Part shown: piece by piece, positions 12,899-26,590 of the stretch
Layout of the letters: every line of letters begins with the position of its first letter
Numbering within the stretch: position 1 is the first letter of the stretch
Origin: Octopus bimaculoides
Lineage: Eukaryota
Length of the DNA: 59,293 bases
Direction of reading: 5' to 3'
NCBI RefSeq assembly: GCF_001194135.2
Contig: NC_069005.1
Span: 23,268,688 to 23,327,980 of the forward strand
Position numbers and translations under genes: made by a program
The notes under the pieces: model-generated
Seen by the model: the letters and a program-made list of their open reading frames with translations, nothing else
What the model was told of the DNA's origin: nothing
Databases searched by the model: none

Positions 12899-13270
12899 GT
12901 GGAGGCGCAATGGCCCAGTGGTTAGGGCAGCGGACTCGAGGTCATAGGATCGCGGTTTCAATTCCCAGACTGGGCGTTGTGAGTGTTTATTGAGCAAAAA
13001 CACCTAAAGCTCCACCAGGCTCCGGCAGGGGATGGTGGCGAACCCTGCTGTACTCTTCCACCACAACTTTCTCTCACTCTTACTTCCTGTTTCTGTTGTA
13101 ATTCAAAGGGCCAGCCTTGTGTCACGCTGAACATCCCCGAGAACTACGTTAAGGGTACACGTGTCTGTGGAGTGCTCAGCCACTTGCACGTTAATTTCAC
13201 GAGCAGGCTGTTCCATTGATCAGATCAACTGGAACCCTCGACGTCGTAAGCGACGGAGTGCCAACAACAA
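12899..13270 (+). mobile_element. Young, CpG-rich tRNA-headed SINE, family B
   Basis: A-box TGGCCCAGTGG and B-box-like GGTTTCAATTCC; tail ...cgacggagtgccaacaacaa; copy at 45873-46195 and partial copy at about 22960-23070. Confidence 0.88.
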
Positions 13271-14004
13271 AATTGCTTCCTATATTGTATNNNNNNNNNN
13301 NNNNNNNNNNNNNNNNNNNNNNNNNNNNNNNNNNNNNNNNNNNNNNNNNNNNNNNNNNNNNNNNNNNNNNNNNNNNNNNNNNNNNNNNNNNNNNNNNNNN
13401 NNNNNNNNNNNNNNNNNNNNNNNNNNNNNNNNNNNNNNNNNNNNNNNNNNNNNNNNNNNNNNNNNNNNNNNNNNNNNNNNNNNNNNNNNNNNNNNNNNNN
13501 NNNNNNNNNNNNNNNNNNNNNNNNNNNNNNNNNNNNNNNNNNNNNNNNNNNNNNNNNNNNNNNNNNNNNNNNNNNNNNNNNNNNNNNNNNNNNNNNNNNN
13601 NNNNNNNNNNNNNNNNNNNNNNNNNNNNNNNNNNNNNNNNNNNNNNNNNNNNNNNNNNNNNNNNNNNNNNNNNNNNNNNNNNNNNNNNNNNNNNNNNNNN
13701 NNNNNNNNNNNNNNNNNNNNNNNNNNNNNNNNNNNNNNNNNNNNNNNNNNNNNNNNNNNNNNNNNNNNNNNNNNNNNNNNNNNNNNNNNNNNNNNNNNNN
13801 NNNNNNNNNNNNNNNNNNNNNNNNNNNNNNNNNNNNNNNNNNNNNNNNNNNNNNNNNNNNNNNNNNNNNNNNNNNNNNNNNNNNNNNNNNNNNNNNNNNN
13901 NNNNNNNNNNNNNNNNNNNNNNNNNNNNNNNNNNNNNNNNNNNNNNNNNNNNNNNNNNNNNNNNNNNNNNNNNNNNNNNNNNNNNNNNNNNNNNNNNNNN
14001 NNAT

Positions 14005-14460
<456 letters not shown>

Positions 14461-15163
14461 TTATTATAACAACAGCATTAGTAATATACTATAAAAGTGT
14501 AATATTAGTAATATACTATAAAGGTTTGTGGGGTTAAGCAGTTTGCTTCCCAACCACAAGGTTTCCAATTCAGTCACACTGTTATCTTTTTTTTTTTTTA
14601 TTGCCCACAAGGGGCTTAACATAGAGGGGACAAACAAGGGATTAAGTCGATTACATCAACCCCAGTGAGTAACTGGTACTTAATTNNNNNNNNNNGTATG
14701 TGTGGGAAAGAGAGATAAGGGGGTGAATGTGTGTGTAAGTGTTTGTCTCTCCTTGACTTGACATCATGTTGTTGTAAATAAAATAAATGTCATTCAGTTC
14801 TGATCTTTTGCAAAACTGCCAGGCCATGGGTGGGAAATATTACCTTGCTTGGAAACAAGTAAAGGTTGGCTGTAGAAAATCTGCTTCGATATATTCCATC
14901 CAACTTATTCAAGCATGGAAAAATGGACATTAAAACGATAATGATGATGATTGTGCTGGACCAACAAAATTGCTAAAATACCTTGTAGTAATTAGTTACA
15001 TCCCTTTTAAATTCTGAATTCAAAATTCCAAAGTCAACTTCGCCAGTATTTCCTTTAGGATTAATATAAATGACTGTTCTACCTAAAATATTGCCTAATA
15101 CCTATGTTAGAAATCAGTGGGATTAAGATAGTGGATTAGCAGAATCAATATGGCAAGGAGCAA

Positions 15164-15345
15164 GCCACATAAAAAGCACTAGTGCTGGTGCCACATGAAA
15201 AGCACTGGTGCTGGTGCCACTTGAAAAGCAGTTGTGCTGGTGCCACTTGAAAAGCAGTTGTGCTGGTGCCACTTGAAAAGCAGTTGTGCTGGTGCCACAT
15301 GAAAAGCAGTTGTGCTGGTGCCATGTTAATAGCACTGGTGCTGGT
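15164..15345 (+). repeat. 26-bp tandem array x7 (gccac[at]tgaaaagcagttgtgctggt) inside a family-E SINE
   Basis: Seven head-to-tail units with no spacers; the three central units are identical. Confidence 0.92.
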
Positions 15346-15749
15346 TGGTACCATGTAAACACCATCCAGTACATTCTGTGGAGTGGTTGGCATTAGGAAG
15401 GGAATCCAGCCGTAAAAACCAAGCTAAAACAAACAGAGCCTGGTGCAGTCTCTGGCCCTTACCAGCCCCAGTCGAACCGTCCAACCCATGCCAGCATGGA
15501 GAATGGACATCAAATGATAATGAATTTGATGATGATTAATTATCTCCGAGTTCAAATCCCATTGAAGTCCAATTTTTTGTCTTTTACCCTATAAATGGAT
15601 CAAATAAAAACACCAGGTATTGATTTTTAGTCAATATTATTTACCTACAACCTTTTCCCTGCACAAAAAAAAAAAAAAAAAACTGAAACCTTAGCTAGAA
15701 ATCATATTCTTAGTTCAAGTAGGTCGATAATAAAATGGTTTCATAGCTG

Positions 15750-16095
15750 TCTTTTATCATCAGACTATGGTCATGCTGGGGCACCACTTTGAAGAATTTT
15801 TAGCTGAAGGAATCAATCCCAGTACTTATTTGTTTAAAGCCTGGTATTTACTCTATTGGTTTCTTTTGCCAACCTGCTAAGTGACAGGATATAAACACAC
15901 CAACACCGGTTGTCAAGCAGTAGTGGGCAACAAAGATACACACACACAAGCTTCTTTCAGTTTCCATCTTAAAAAACCCACTATCAAGGCATTGGTCGGC
16001 CTGAAGCTATAGAAGACACTTGCCTAGGGTGCCATGCAGTGGGACTGAACCTGGAACCATGTGGTTGGAAAGCAAGCTTCTTAGCACACACACAC
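15750..16095 (-). mobile_element. SINE family D, older copy
   Basis: Homologous to 29467-29865. Confidence 0.8.
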
Positions 16096-16729
16096 ATACT
16101 CATCTTAGTATCCACCTTAGCATCTTAGTTTCAGCTGTAAAACTTATTTTGTACTTTTAGTTTCCACATAATCTTATGATTGGGTTTTAAAGCATAAACT
16201 CTACTGCTACCCTTCCTCCCTCTTTACCTAAATTATCTTGGGAGGAGAAATTATTTCTTTTAGTAGGTTTTTATCTTAAAACCCTCCAAAGCCCCGAAGG
16301 GAAAAAATATTTCACTAGTATTTCTAACATCCTGCCAAAATTTATTCAGCCCAACACACAATTTGTTTCAAAATATTCTTGCCAAATAACCATTAAATTA
16401 ATTTTATTTGTTGAGAGGATGAGAAGGAGGGGAGGGAGGAATTTACAGGGCAAAAGATTATACTTTCTACCTCCACCTCCTTCCCTGTTGCTTTCTCTTC
16501 CAGCTTGTTTTTGTTGAAGATTGTTAAGGGTTTGATGTACCTGCAAACTTAGAAACTTGCAAACATCCAAACATCACACACACACACACACACAGTCTTG
16601 GCACATAAAATGCAAATATAATTTTGTTAGAGGTAACCTTCACATATAATGAACATCGTTAAGTAATTCTCAATGAGTTGGCACTTTTCTTTGCCATTCA
16701 AAAGATTCCTCGATACATGTATGTATGTA

Positions 16730-16776
<47 letters not shown>

Positions 16777-16794
16777 ATGTATAAAACTTCTTTG

Positions 16795-16840
<46 letters not shown>

Positions 16841-16890
16841 NNNNNNNNNNNNNNNNNNNNNNNNNNNNNNNNNNNNNNNNNNNNNNNNNN

Positions 16891-16922
<32 letters not shown>

Positions 16923-17065
16923 CTTTTCCTCTTTGTTTCCAGTTTGTAAGTTTGCATTGGTCATAGACAAATCAAGTTCAGTTCGTCTTATTTACTGTGC
17001 AGTACAGTGCACATAAAGCTGCAATTTAAAGAACAAAAATAACACATGTAAATACATACTGGGTA

Positions 17066-17098
17066 AAGAAGAAGAAGAAGAAGAAGAAGAAGAAGAAG
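17066..17098. repeat. (AAG)n tract, i.e. (UUC)n in the HIPK pre-mRNA, about 30 nt downstream of the exon B donor
   Basis: Direct reading. Confidence 0.95.
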
Positions 17099-17129
17099 AG
17101 CAAGTGAGTCACTCACTGCCAAGACTTAC

Positions 17130-17252
17130 TTTTAATCGCCAGAATGGATAATTGCTATCAGTGTTTTCACGCACAAAGAAGCGTGCAGTTTTTGTGGCAG
17201 AACTTAGCATATGTTCCGCTGGCATACCCTGGGTTTGGGAAATATATCGAAT
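17130..17252 (-). CDS. HIPK: HIPK kinase-domain exon B (CMGC insert region), 123 nt; not shown by the ORF track
   Basis: Read by hand: [41 protein letters not shown], matching vertebrate HIPK2 [40 protein letters not shown]. Acceptor ttttgttttatttccag, donor AAA|gtaagt; phase 0-0, in frame with exons A and C. Confidence 0.97.
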
Positions 17253-17671
17253 CTGGAAATAAAACAAAATTTAATAAATATTTACTGTCAAGTAAACAAA
17301 AGAATATCTGAGAGAATTTATTTGAATTTAGAATGAGTTTATTTATATAATCGCAAGATAAATATAGAGAAGGAATAATGGAAGAGAGAGAAAGAGGGAT
17401 GTACATTGTTTGTTACTAGGTCAGGGCTGTGTCTGAAAGTTATTGGCACTTAGCCCCAGGTCAGTTTTGAATAGTGACATTCAAGCCATGACCATCATAC
17501 CTGTTTAATAGATCAGGGACAACACTGTCCCATGTATCCTTCAATTTTTCTTTTAATACAGAACGGTGTGATTTAAAGGAGATTTGGCTGCTATGTCAGG
17601 CAATTGCTTCTCACAAGATTTGAGACTTGTTAGACACTGCTAAGTACTTCTTGACTGACAAATCTCTAAAT

Positions 17672-18006
17672 CAGTAGTTCTCAACTGGGGTCCATATGGC
17701 CCCTGATGGTCCATATAAGATCTTGTGGGGTCTATGCAACAAAATAGTAAATTGGGGATCTACAATAGTATTTTAAGGGCCCCTGAAAACTTTATACTTT
17801 AGATGTATATTTTGGTATGTATTGGAAGAAAAAGCTAGATTTCTTCTCTAACATTTTACATCAGTCAATCTACACTAGTTAATAGGAATTTCAAAAGAAG
17901 TTTAAATAAAACTAGTTTTTAAACATAGAATGGCTATGGGGGTCCACCAGAATAAGATAGTAATCAAAGGGGTCCATAGATAAAAAAAAATGGTTGAAAA
18001 CCCCTG
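17672..18006. mobile_element. hAT-type MITE copy
   Basis: Ends cagtagttctcaac / ggttgaaaacccctg; TSD ctctaaat / ctctacat (7 of 8); same family as 10856-11115; more fragments near 44080-44335, 44830-44965 and 56310-56355. Confidence 0.85.
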
Positions 18007-20329
18007 CTCTACATAACTGTCTGAGTTGCTAGAAATTGTACCCAAAACTCTTTCAAATCACATTAACCAGCTTTTATAAGGGAAAGGATACTTCAGATGA
18101 TCTAGCTGCAGATATCCTTAAAAAGATATCCTTAAAAAGACAAGGTGAACATAACCGGAAAGACTTTGATCATAATAGGTCTGCTGGATTAAAGCTGACC
18201 TGGGACAACAAGCACACTCTGGTCAGAAGGATGGCTACCAAGTTAAGTATTGCTTTTTTTTTTTTTATCGCCAAGTGAACCCTAATCAAAAATGTTCCCA
18301 TCTTTTATTCAGACATGTAATAAGGATCACAAGTTCAGCAAGACACCTGTTCTTGTCCCTCAACGAACCTTTCACTTACTTCCCCACTCAGCCGAGTGCT
18401 AAGAAACCTCACCAGTAGTGCTGGTACCATGATAAAAAAAAGCACCCAGTACAATGGATGGCATTAGGAAGGACATCCAACCATAGAAACCATGCCAAAG
18501 CAGACACTGGAACTCAAAACAGTCCTTTGGCCTGTCGGTTCTCCTCAAACCATCCAACCTATGACAGCATGGAAAAGATGCTAACTGATGATGATGATGA
18601 TGATGACTAAAAACAGAGAGAGAGAGAGAGAGCATGAGATAGGAAGAGAAGAGAGAAACGTGTGTAGAAAGCTCAGAATGAGCAAGGTAGAATGATCACC
18701 ATCATCAACATCATCATTTAGCATCCGTTTTCCATGCTAGCATGGGTAAGACAGTTAGACTAGGAACTGGTAAGCCAGAGAGCTGTACCGGGTTCCAATT
18801 TGATTTTTTCTAAATTTGTACAGATGTGAGAAAAATAGCCATGTTGGTTTTATAAACAGGAAACTAACACAGTTGGAAGTTACATACAAACATACATGTA
18901 TATATAGTGAGTGATTCTACTGGGGTAGCAATGTAGCAGCTGGCTACTTATCAGCTAATCTACCTTTTCCCTTATGGTTTGGGATCTTTATCCACTCTGT
19001 TTTATTCTAATGACTGGCTGATGCCCTTTTTTTAGAGTTCAACAGAGTACTCCACAACACTGTTACAATGTTCAAGTATAATGAGATAGAAGGTAAAGGT
19101 GATAGAACACCTTTAAAAGGGACAAAGGAGACAAGAGGTTGGACTTCTAAAGGGATCAGATGATTTGACGGAAGGTAGTAGGAGAAAGAGAGAGAAAGAG
19201 GAAATATTCAGATTTAATAACTAAAAGCTAACAAAGTAGGCCAGGCTGTGGTAAGAAGTTTGTTTCCCAACCACATGGATCCAGGTTCAGTCCCACTGCA
19301 TGGCACCTTGGACAAGTGCCTTCTACTATAGCTCTAGGCTGACCAAAAACTTGTGAGTGGATTTGGTAGACAGAAACTGTCCCTTTGAACATCTCATGAG
19401 GTTGGTGATTTTGGCTATTCAAGTTATATTTTTTAGCTCTTATTTCTAGCAATTGTTGGTGCCATTTCAAACTCTTCATTATGTATTCTACCTTTTTGGT
19501 TTTTAATTGCTTTAGCCACCTATGTATTAAATATATCATAATATTAATTTATTGTTATAATATCTNNNNNNNNNNNNNNNNNNNNNNNNNNNNNNNNNNN
19601 NNNNNNNNNNNNNNNNNNNNNNNNNNNNNNNNNNNNNNNNNNNNNNNNNNNNNNNNNNNNNNNNNNNNNNNNNNNNNNNNNNNNNNNNNNNNNNNNNNNN
19701 NNNNNNNNNNNNNNNNNNNNNNNNATATATATATAGTCAAGAGATGAGATCCACAGATGCTCAATATAGAAAACACTTAGCACTCAAATGATTTCTACTT
19801 ACATTCCGAAATCTTTACCGAGAACTAAATCCGCAGGGTAAAGAATAGCTATAAGAGGAACCCAGGTGAGCAGATATGGAGATAACGATGCAAATAAACA
19901 AATAAAGCCGCTTGGGCTAGACATACAAAACATACATACATACATTCATAGATACATACAACATACATATATATACATGCAAATGGAGAGAAAACAAAGA
20001 CTGAAGATATTCAGACAATGAACATTCATGCATAAATATATATTTATATATTAACAGAGCAGGTTTACATAAAGCACAAAGACAGAGAAATATAAAGGGG
20101 AGAAAGTGTGGTATTTTTCTGTGTCTTTGTACTCCATTTAAATCTGCACTGTTAGCATATGAATATCTACATATTTATACATGAATATTCATTGTCCAAA
20201 TTATTTCAGTCTTTGTCTCCTCTCTATTTATATGTATATATGTATGTATATTTTATATATCTAGACCAAGCAGTTATATTTGTTTATTTGCATCATTATC
20301 TATCTGTGTATGTGTGCGTATGAGTGTAT

Positions 20330-20648
20330 AAATGGTTAGAGCGTTGAGTTCACAATCATGAGGTAGTGAGTTTGATTCTCAGACCGAGCTGTGTGTTGTG
20401 TTCTTGAGCTTTATTTCACGTTGTTCCAGTTCACTCATCTGTAGCAATGAGTTACAACGTCACTGGTGCCAAGCTGTATCAGCCTTTGCCTTTCCCTTAA
20501 ATAAAATCGGTGGCGGGAAGAGGAAAGGCTGTTATGCATGGGCAACTGCTGGTCTTCCACAAACAACTTTGCCTGGACTTGTACCTCAGAGGGGAACTTT
20601 CTAGGAGTAACCCCATGGTCCTTCTTGACTGAAGGGGGTCTTTACCCT
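20330..20648 (+). mobile_element. SINE family C copy
   Basis: Homologous to 12405-12710. Confidence 0.85.
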
Positions 20649-22329
20649 TTATATATAAGATGGATGGATGGATGGATGGATGGATGGATCTATGCATGTG
20701 TGTCATCAACTGGTGTTGATGTGTTTACATCCCTGTAACTGTGGTTCAGCAAAAGAGACTGATAGAATAGGTAGCAGGCTTAAACATATAGTACTGGGGT
20801 CGATTCAGTTCACTAAAATTCTTCAAGGCAGTACCCCAGCCTGACCATAGACTAATGACTAAATCAAGTAAAAGGAAAAAGAAAAAAATGTTGGATTCCA
20901 GCCACAACTATTTAGTTGGCATTAAATACACTTTTTAATAACATCTTACTGTCATACAGTATTGCATGTATATTATAAATATTAACTTCATGTGTTGTGT
21001 ACAGTTATGTGTATGCATATATGTTTTTTTCTTGTGTGTGTGGTGTGGGGTGTCTTTGTGTGTGTATATATTATATTTATGTATAGTTATGTAGGTATAT
21101 TAAAATAATTATGAAAGACATGTACGACAATAAACAGGCATGGAAAAACCTATTGCATTAGCCAGTTTTTTTTTATTTAGTCATCATAATTTTGGCACTG
21201 GACAAAGTTGGAATCACTTGTCTGGAAAATGCATGGGTTTTAAAAAAGAAAGTTTTGCACACAAGGCAAAACAAAAATGGTATGGAAAACATGAACAAAC
21301 GGAGAGTGTTAATAGAGATGATGCCTTTTGATTTAGATACGGATAGGACGCAGGTATAGAAGAATGTGCATGTGTGTGTGTGTACACAAACAACTGTTAG
21401 AAATTTTAAGCATTATCCCTTATCCATCTTACTACCTCTTCAATATCAGTAAATTTTTAGCTATTGATTATGCACAATATACATGACAGTCGTATACCTC
21501 CAGGAATTCCTGCTGGAATTCTTAACTACAGAAATATGTGTAACATACATAACACTACACTCCAGCTATGACTATCTCTAAGTTTTTGTATGTCTGGAAT
21601 TTTATTGACAATATTCAATATTTCAAGGGTACTTGTGTGTGATGTGTGGAAAATTTATTATTTCTAGGCAGCCAAATGTCTATGTTGAAGCTCCCTGACA
21701 GTTTAATTTATTTGTTTTCTGCTAACGAACTGGTTTACAGTGTATATCAGATAATATTGACTTCTTTGTATGGAATGCATGTGTTTGTTTGTTTGCCTCT
21801 CCAACCCCAAGAAACCATAAAAGATCAGAATGTTAAGCCAATTTCTCAAATAAGAAAGTTTGCTTTGACTACACTGTATCTGTTTGGACAGATTTCACAG
21901 TAAGTGGCAGGCCTTATGTGTCACCTGCTACTACAGCACCACCTGGTTTTTGAGTGCCTTTAACAGAACACCTCCCCCACTGCTCTCTCTCTTTCTCTCT
22001 TGTAAATATTCAGGCAAGGTCACCAGTCTATGGATAACCTATAAGTTCTGCTCTTTCTCCCCTCTCACTAGAAAGCACTGGCCCAACTCAGTAAATCATG
22101 AGAAAAAAAGTGATGATGGATTGTGTGGTGAGAGGAGGGAATGCTAGCAGAGGCTAAACCACTGATAGGCAACATTGCATCATTTCATGAGCCAACAAGG
22201 GGACACCGTATATGGTCTGTCAGTTGGCTAGAAATAGCAATCTGATATTCCTCAGTTAACACACTATCACCTGAAAAATTGAAGAAGGGTTCAAAAGACA
22301 TTGTAAATTCTGTTATGTTTGAAAGGACA

Positions 22330-22760
22330 AATGCTTTTGATCATAAGTGTGTATCTGCACAATTCTGGCTGCAATGCAAAAAGTTTATGATGGATAGAAA
22401 ACATGTTCTGCTCATCTAGTAAGGCAGTTGTTGTTCTGTTTCTGTAATGTGTGTGTGTGTGTGTGTGCATGCAGGATGGAGTACAAATGGATTGAGAGAC
22501 AGGCTGGACATGAGAGCAATCAGATGTTGTGGATAAGAGAGAAGATTGTACTAGTACAACCACATGATGCACATGGATGTCAGTTGTAAAATAACAAGTG
22601 TGGAGAGCAGAAATTGGATGGAACAAGGTGAAGAAAGAGACCTATGAGAACATGGGACAAAGTTGTGAAGGTTGTTTTCAAGAAGCTAAACCTCACAAAA
22701 GAGATTATGAAGAGCACTGATGTGTGACAATGTGTAGGAGAAGACTTGCCAAGGAGAGCA
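22330..22760 (+). pseudogene. RTE-type LINE, 3' end of ORF (decayed)
   Basis: STNGLRDRLDMRAIRCCG*ERRLY*YNHMMHMD.../RPMRTWDKVVKVVFKKLNLTKEIM resembles the RTE C-terminal RRLRWYGHVxRM...GRPRKTWxEVV motif; stops and a frameshift. Confidence 0.65.
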
Positions 22761-23650
22761 AGCTCTGTGACAAAACTGTGGAGTTGGAAGGTTTATCATC
22801 ATCATCACCATATTTTAATATCCACTTTCCTATGCTTGCATGAGTCGGACAGAGATAACGGAGGCAAATTTTCTATGGTTCGATGCCCCATCTGTTGCCA
22901 GCTCTTACCTGCTTCCAAGCAAAGTACTGTTTCCCAAAGACCAGATGCAGAAGATTGTAAAATGTGTGTTTGTGGAGTGATCAGCCATTTGCATGTTAAT
23001 TTCACGAGTAGGCTATTTGATTGATTGTATCAACTGAAACACTACTCATTGTTGTAACTGAGAGACCCAGGCCAGGCCACTTGCCTTATATAAGATGATT
23101 GGCATTTAAACCTTCTCCATCTTCTTCATTCAATCCCAATGGCATATAATCGATTGGTGTTCAATACCACCTTCCAGCTCTTACTCATATTCCCACGTCA
23201 CTTTTCATTGACATCTACCATTTGGAAAGGCATCCAGCAGTAAAAACCATTCCAAAACTGACCTTGCCTGTGCTGGTGTCATGTAAAAATACACTTGGTC
23301 CACTCTGCAGAATGGCTGGTGCTAGGAAGGGCATCCAACCATAAAAACCCTGCTAAAACAGACACAGTAACTTGGGGTAGTCTTCTGCTTGGTGTGTTTA
23401 CATGCTATAAAGACAGAAGTAAATCTGCCTTCAACTCGGTTGCATGCCTGTGTTTTGCTTATTTTATGTGTGCTTTACTACATCAAGGTCACCAACTGCC
23501 TACTCTGAGTAATTACTGACAGCACATGCCTGATATACAATGAATAAAAATGGTTAAAAGATTATGTATTGTAGAAATATAACTAATTTATTGCCCACAA
23601 ACTATAACAACAAAATCTTATTTGAACCCCAAAAGGTTATACGGAACTCA

Positions 23651-23845
<195 letters not shown>

Positions 23846-24595
23846 TTAATATGTGAAAGAATTGTGTATGGGAAAAAACAAAAACTGGTGTATGTATGTA
23901 CATTACAGGTTTATGCCAAATAAGTGTTCTTGTAAGTTTTATTTAACCTGGCCAAAATATTCTACCTGTTTTATGTTAAAACTGACCAGATCCAACATCA
24001 CACACCTACCCTACAATGTCATTCTAAAAATATACAGACACATAATTGAAATCTTGAAGCTACAAGATAATGCATGATTAATTCTAAACAATATGAATAA
24101 ATAAGAATACATTAGACAAAGAAATCTGAACACTAAAGGGTTAAATAAAGACTGGTACATATACATGTCTCAAAAAGCCAAGATAAGAGTTTCTCTCATG
24201 GCAACTACCACAGTATAGTTTGTTCTCATAGAACAACCATGTTTTAGTGGGGATAAATATTACCTCTTGGTATGAATACTGCCTCTGTTGCTAATATTTA
24301 TTTTATATCCATGTGTGTATGGGATGCAATATTTATCTGGATTCAAATACTGATTGGTACACAGACACATATATATATATACAACTTTTGTTTTTCATAA
24401 TGACTACGATAAAAAAGAAAGAAATAGAAGACAGAAGGAATAGAAATACTGTATGGAACAGAATGAGAAATTATAATTATATATTTATACATAGACACAC
24501 ATAAACATATATATACATACTTATAGTGTACGTATGTGAATGTGATTTAGCTGAAGAAAATACAGGTTAAGTAGAAATAATATGAAACATAACAT

Positions 24596-24648
<53 letters not shown>

Positions 24649-25110
24649 TTATATTACTCTCACATTAGTTGCAGTGTGTGTACCTTGGTTTCACTGAGTG
24701 TGGGTGTACACATTCATCACGATAACTGGAATAATTCCAAAGTTATGCCATCCACTCTCGACTTACACACACACACAAACTCTCTCTCACTCTCTCTCAC
24801 TCACTCACTCACTCTCTCTCCTCCATACAATCATCATTCAATATAAAAGTTGTGTGAAGAATATTATACCAGGAAAGAATAACAACTTGAAAAATAAAAA
24901 TGAGGATGTAGAGTAGAGGAAGGGGGGGGAGGCATCCACTGGTAAGGTAGGTATGGGGTGGGGGTAAGATGAGAGCCTGATCTGACAGAGACAACAGACT
25001 ACTACTACTACTACTGCTGCTGCTGACTGCCAGTACACTTCCTCATCATTTTCTTAAGGCCAGTTTCAAATCTGACCTACTTGTAGCCCAGCCATGTATG
25101 TATGTGTGTA

Positions 25111-25160
<50 letters not shown>

Positions 25161-25891
25161 GACTGAGAAGAGAATATATTTATATATCAGTGGAGAGATT
25201 CTAAGATTACCCCAGCTGGAAATATTGGCTTAACGGTGCAGATTCCTCAGCGATAATTTTACCAACTCTGTAGACACGAACCCTGAGTAATCTAAGATAT
25301 ATAACAACATCCTGCTAATTCCTTATTTCTGCGAATAACTTCCCCAATCAACAAGACTCTGTATGGTTATTCGATTTGTGAAAAATAGTAGCCAAATTTA
25401 ACCTCAAATTACATTCTTGCTTTGAGAAAGAAAAAAAAAAGTAGATTATATAATGTTGTCTGAGATACAGATATCCGAATAAGAGATCGTTAGCACATCT
25501 TTGATGCATACACACCTCTCCATCTTCATGTCTATATACACAACACCTGTTCCACTCCTCCTTAATCACATTGTACTATCCAAACAGGACCACCACCACC
25601 ATCAACCATCTCTTCATATATTACCACCGAACAAATATCCTACACTACCACCACCACAATGTCCATACCACTACTAAACAAACAGTACCACATGCCACCC
25701 ACTTTTCCAGGTCAAAGTTCAATCAACAATGGTCAGTCTCCTATTGTCATTTCAAGTTGTTCATGCTTCCAATCCCTCGGATGACACACCACCTATACCA
25801 CCATCACCACCTATGCCACCATCACTGCTGCCGCCAACTTAACCACCACCACCACCACCACTACCAAACCACTGTTGCCAGGTGCTTGCAT

Positions 25892-26590
25892 GGGATCTAT
25901 TTTAAAACGGGGGCGCCAGTATTTTCTTAACGAAACACTTTGAAACTTGGGACACTGGTAGAATGTGTCATATNNNNNNNNNNNNNNNNNNNNNNNNNNN
26001 NNNNNNNNNNNNNNNNNNNNNNNNNNNNNNNNNNNNNNNNNNNNNNNNNNNNNNNNNNNNNNNNNNNNNNNNNNNNNNNNNNNNNNNNNNNNNNNNNNNN
26101 NNNNNNNNNNNNNNNNNNNNNNNNNNNNNNNNNNNNNNNNNNNNNNNNNNNNNNNNNNNNNNNNNNNNNNNNNNNNNNNNNNNNNNNNNNNNNNNNNNNN
26201 NNNNNNNNNNNNNNNNNNNNNNNNNNNNNNNNNNNNNNNNNNNNNNNTTAATCGTAATTTATACGCATATATTGTTTATATAATAAATTACGCTGTGCGT
26301 ATCTATGTGTGTAACAATTTTAGAGTTTGGATTCTAGAGTTAGGGTTAGGGGATTAATACGATATACACCGTTACAGCGCTAACTGTTTTCAACTGAATA
26401 GACGTCAGTGATTAGTAGAAATTATCGAAATAAGACAATTTTTTTACATGAAATAAATTCTAATACAAAAATATTTTTCTGTTCTATAACACAAAATAGA
26501 TAAGTATACGAAGTTTGAAAGTCTTTCCGTACCAAAAACACTACATAAAACATAGATGAAAACTGGCGCCCCCGTTTTAAAATAGATCCC
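25892..26590. mobile_element. Non-autonomous DNA transposon with perfect 29-bp TIRs (GGGATCTATTTTAAAACGGGGGCGCCAGT); interior partly N-gap
   Basis: 25892-25920 is the exact reverse complement of 26562-26590; internal (TTAGGG)2 at 26340-26351. Confidence 0.9.

Noticed and set aside
12899-12975. tRNA gene
   Set aside because: It has A/B-box-like motifs but no complete cloverleaf, and it continues into a SINE body seen elsewhere in the window; the same applies to the other SINE heads.
15164-15345. Regularly spaced repeats as a CRISPR array
   Set aside because: Units are head-to-tail with no unique spacers, sit inside a eukaryotic SINE, and no cas genes are present.
16346-16540. Cryptic exon VHQTLNNLQQKQAGRES... 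between exons B and C
   Set aside because: The acceptor (aagtttgcag) lacks a good pyrimidine tract and the candidate donors are weak; not distinguishable from chance.
25571-25930. 119-aa His/Thr-rich ORF (also 27785-28375, 57239-57680, 6178-6629)
   Set aside because: Translations of ACC, CA and TA microsatellite or low-complexity DNA, with no domain and no splice context.
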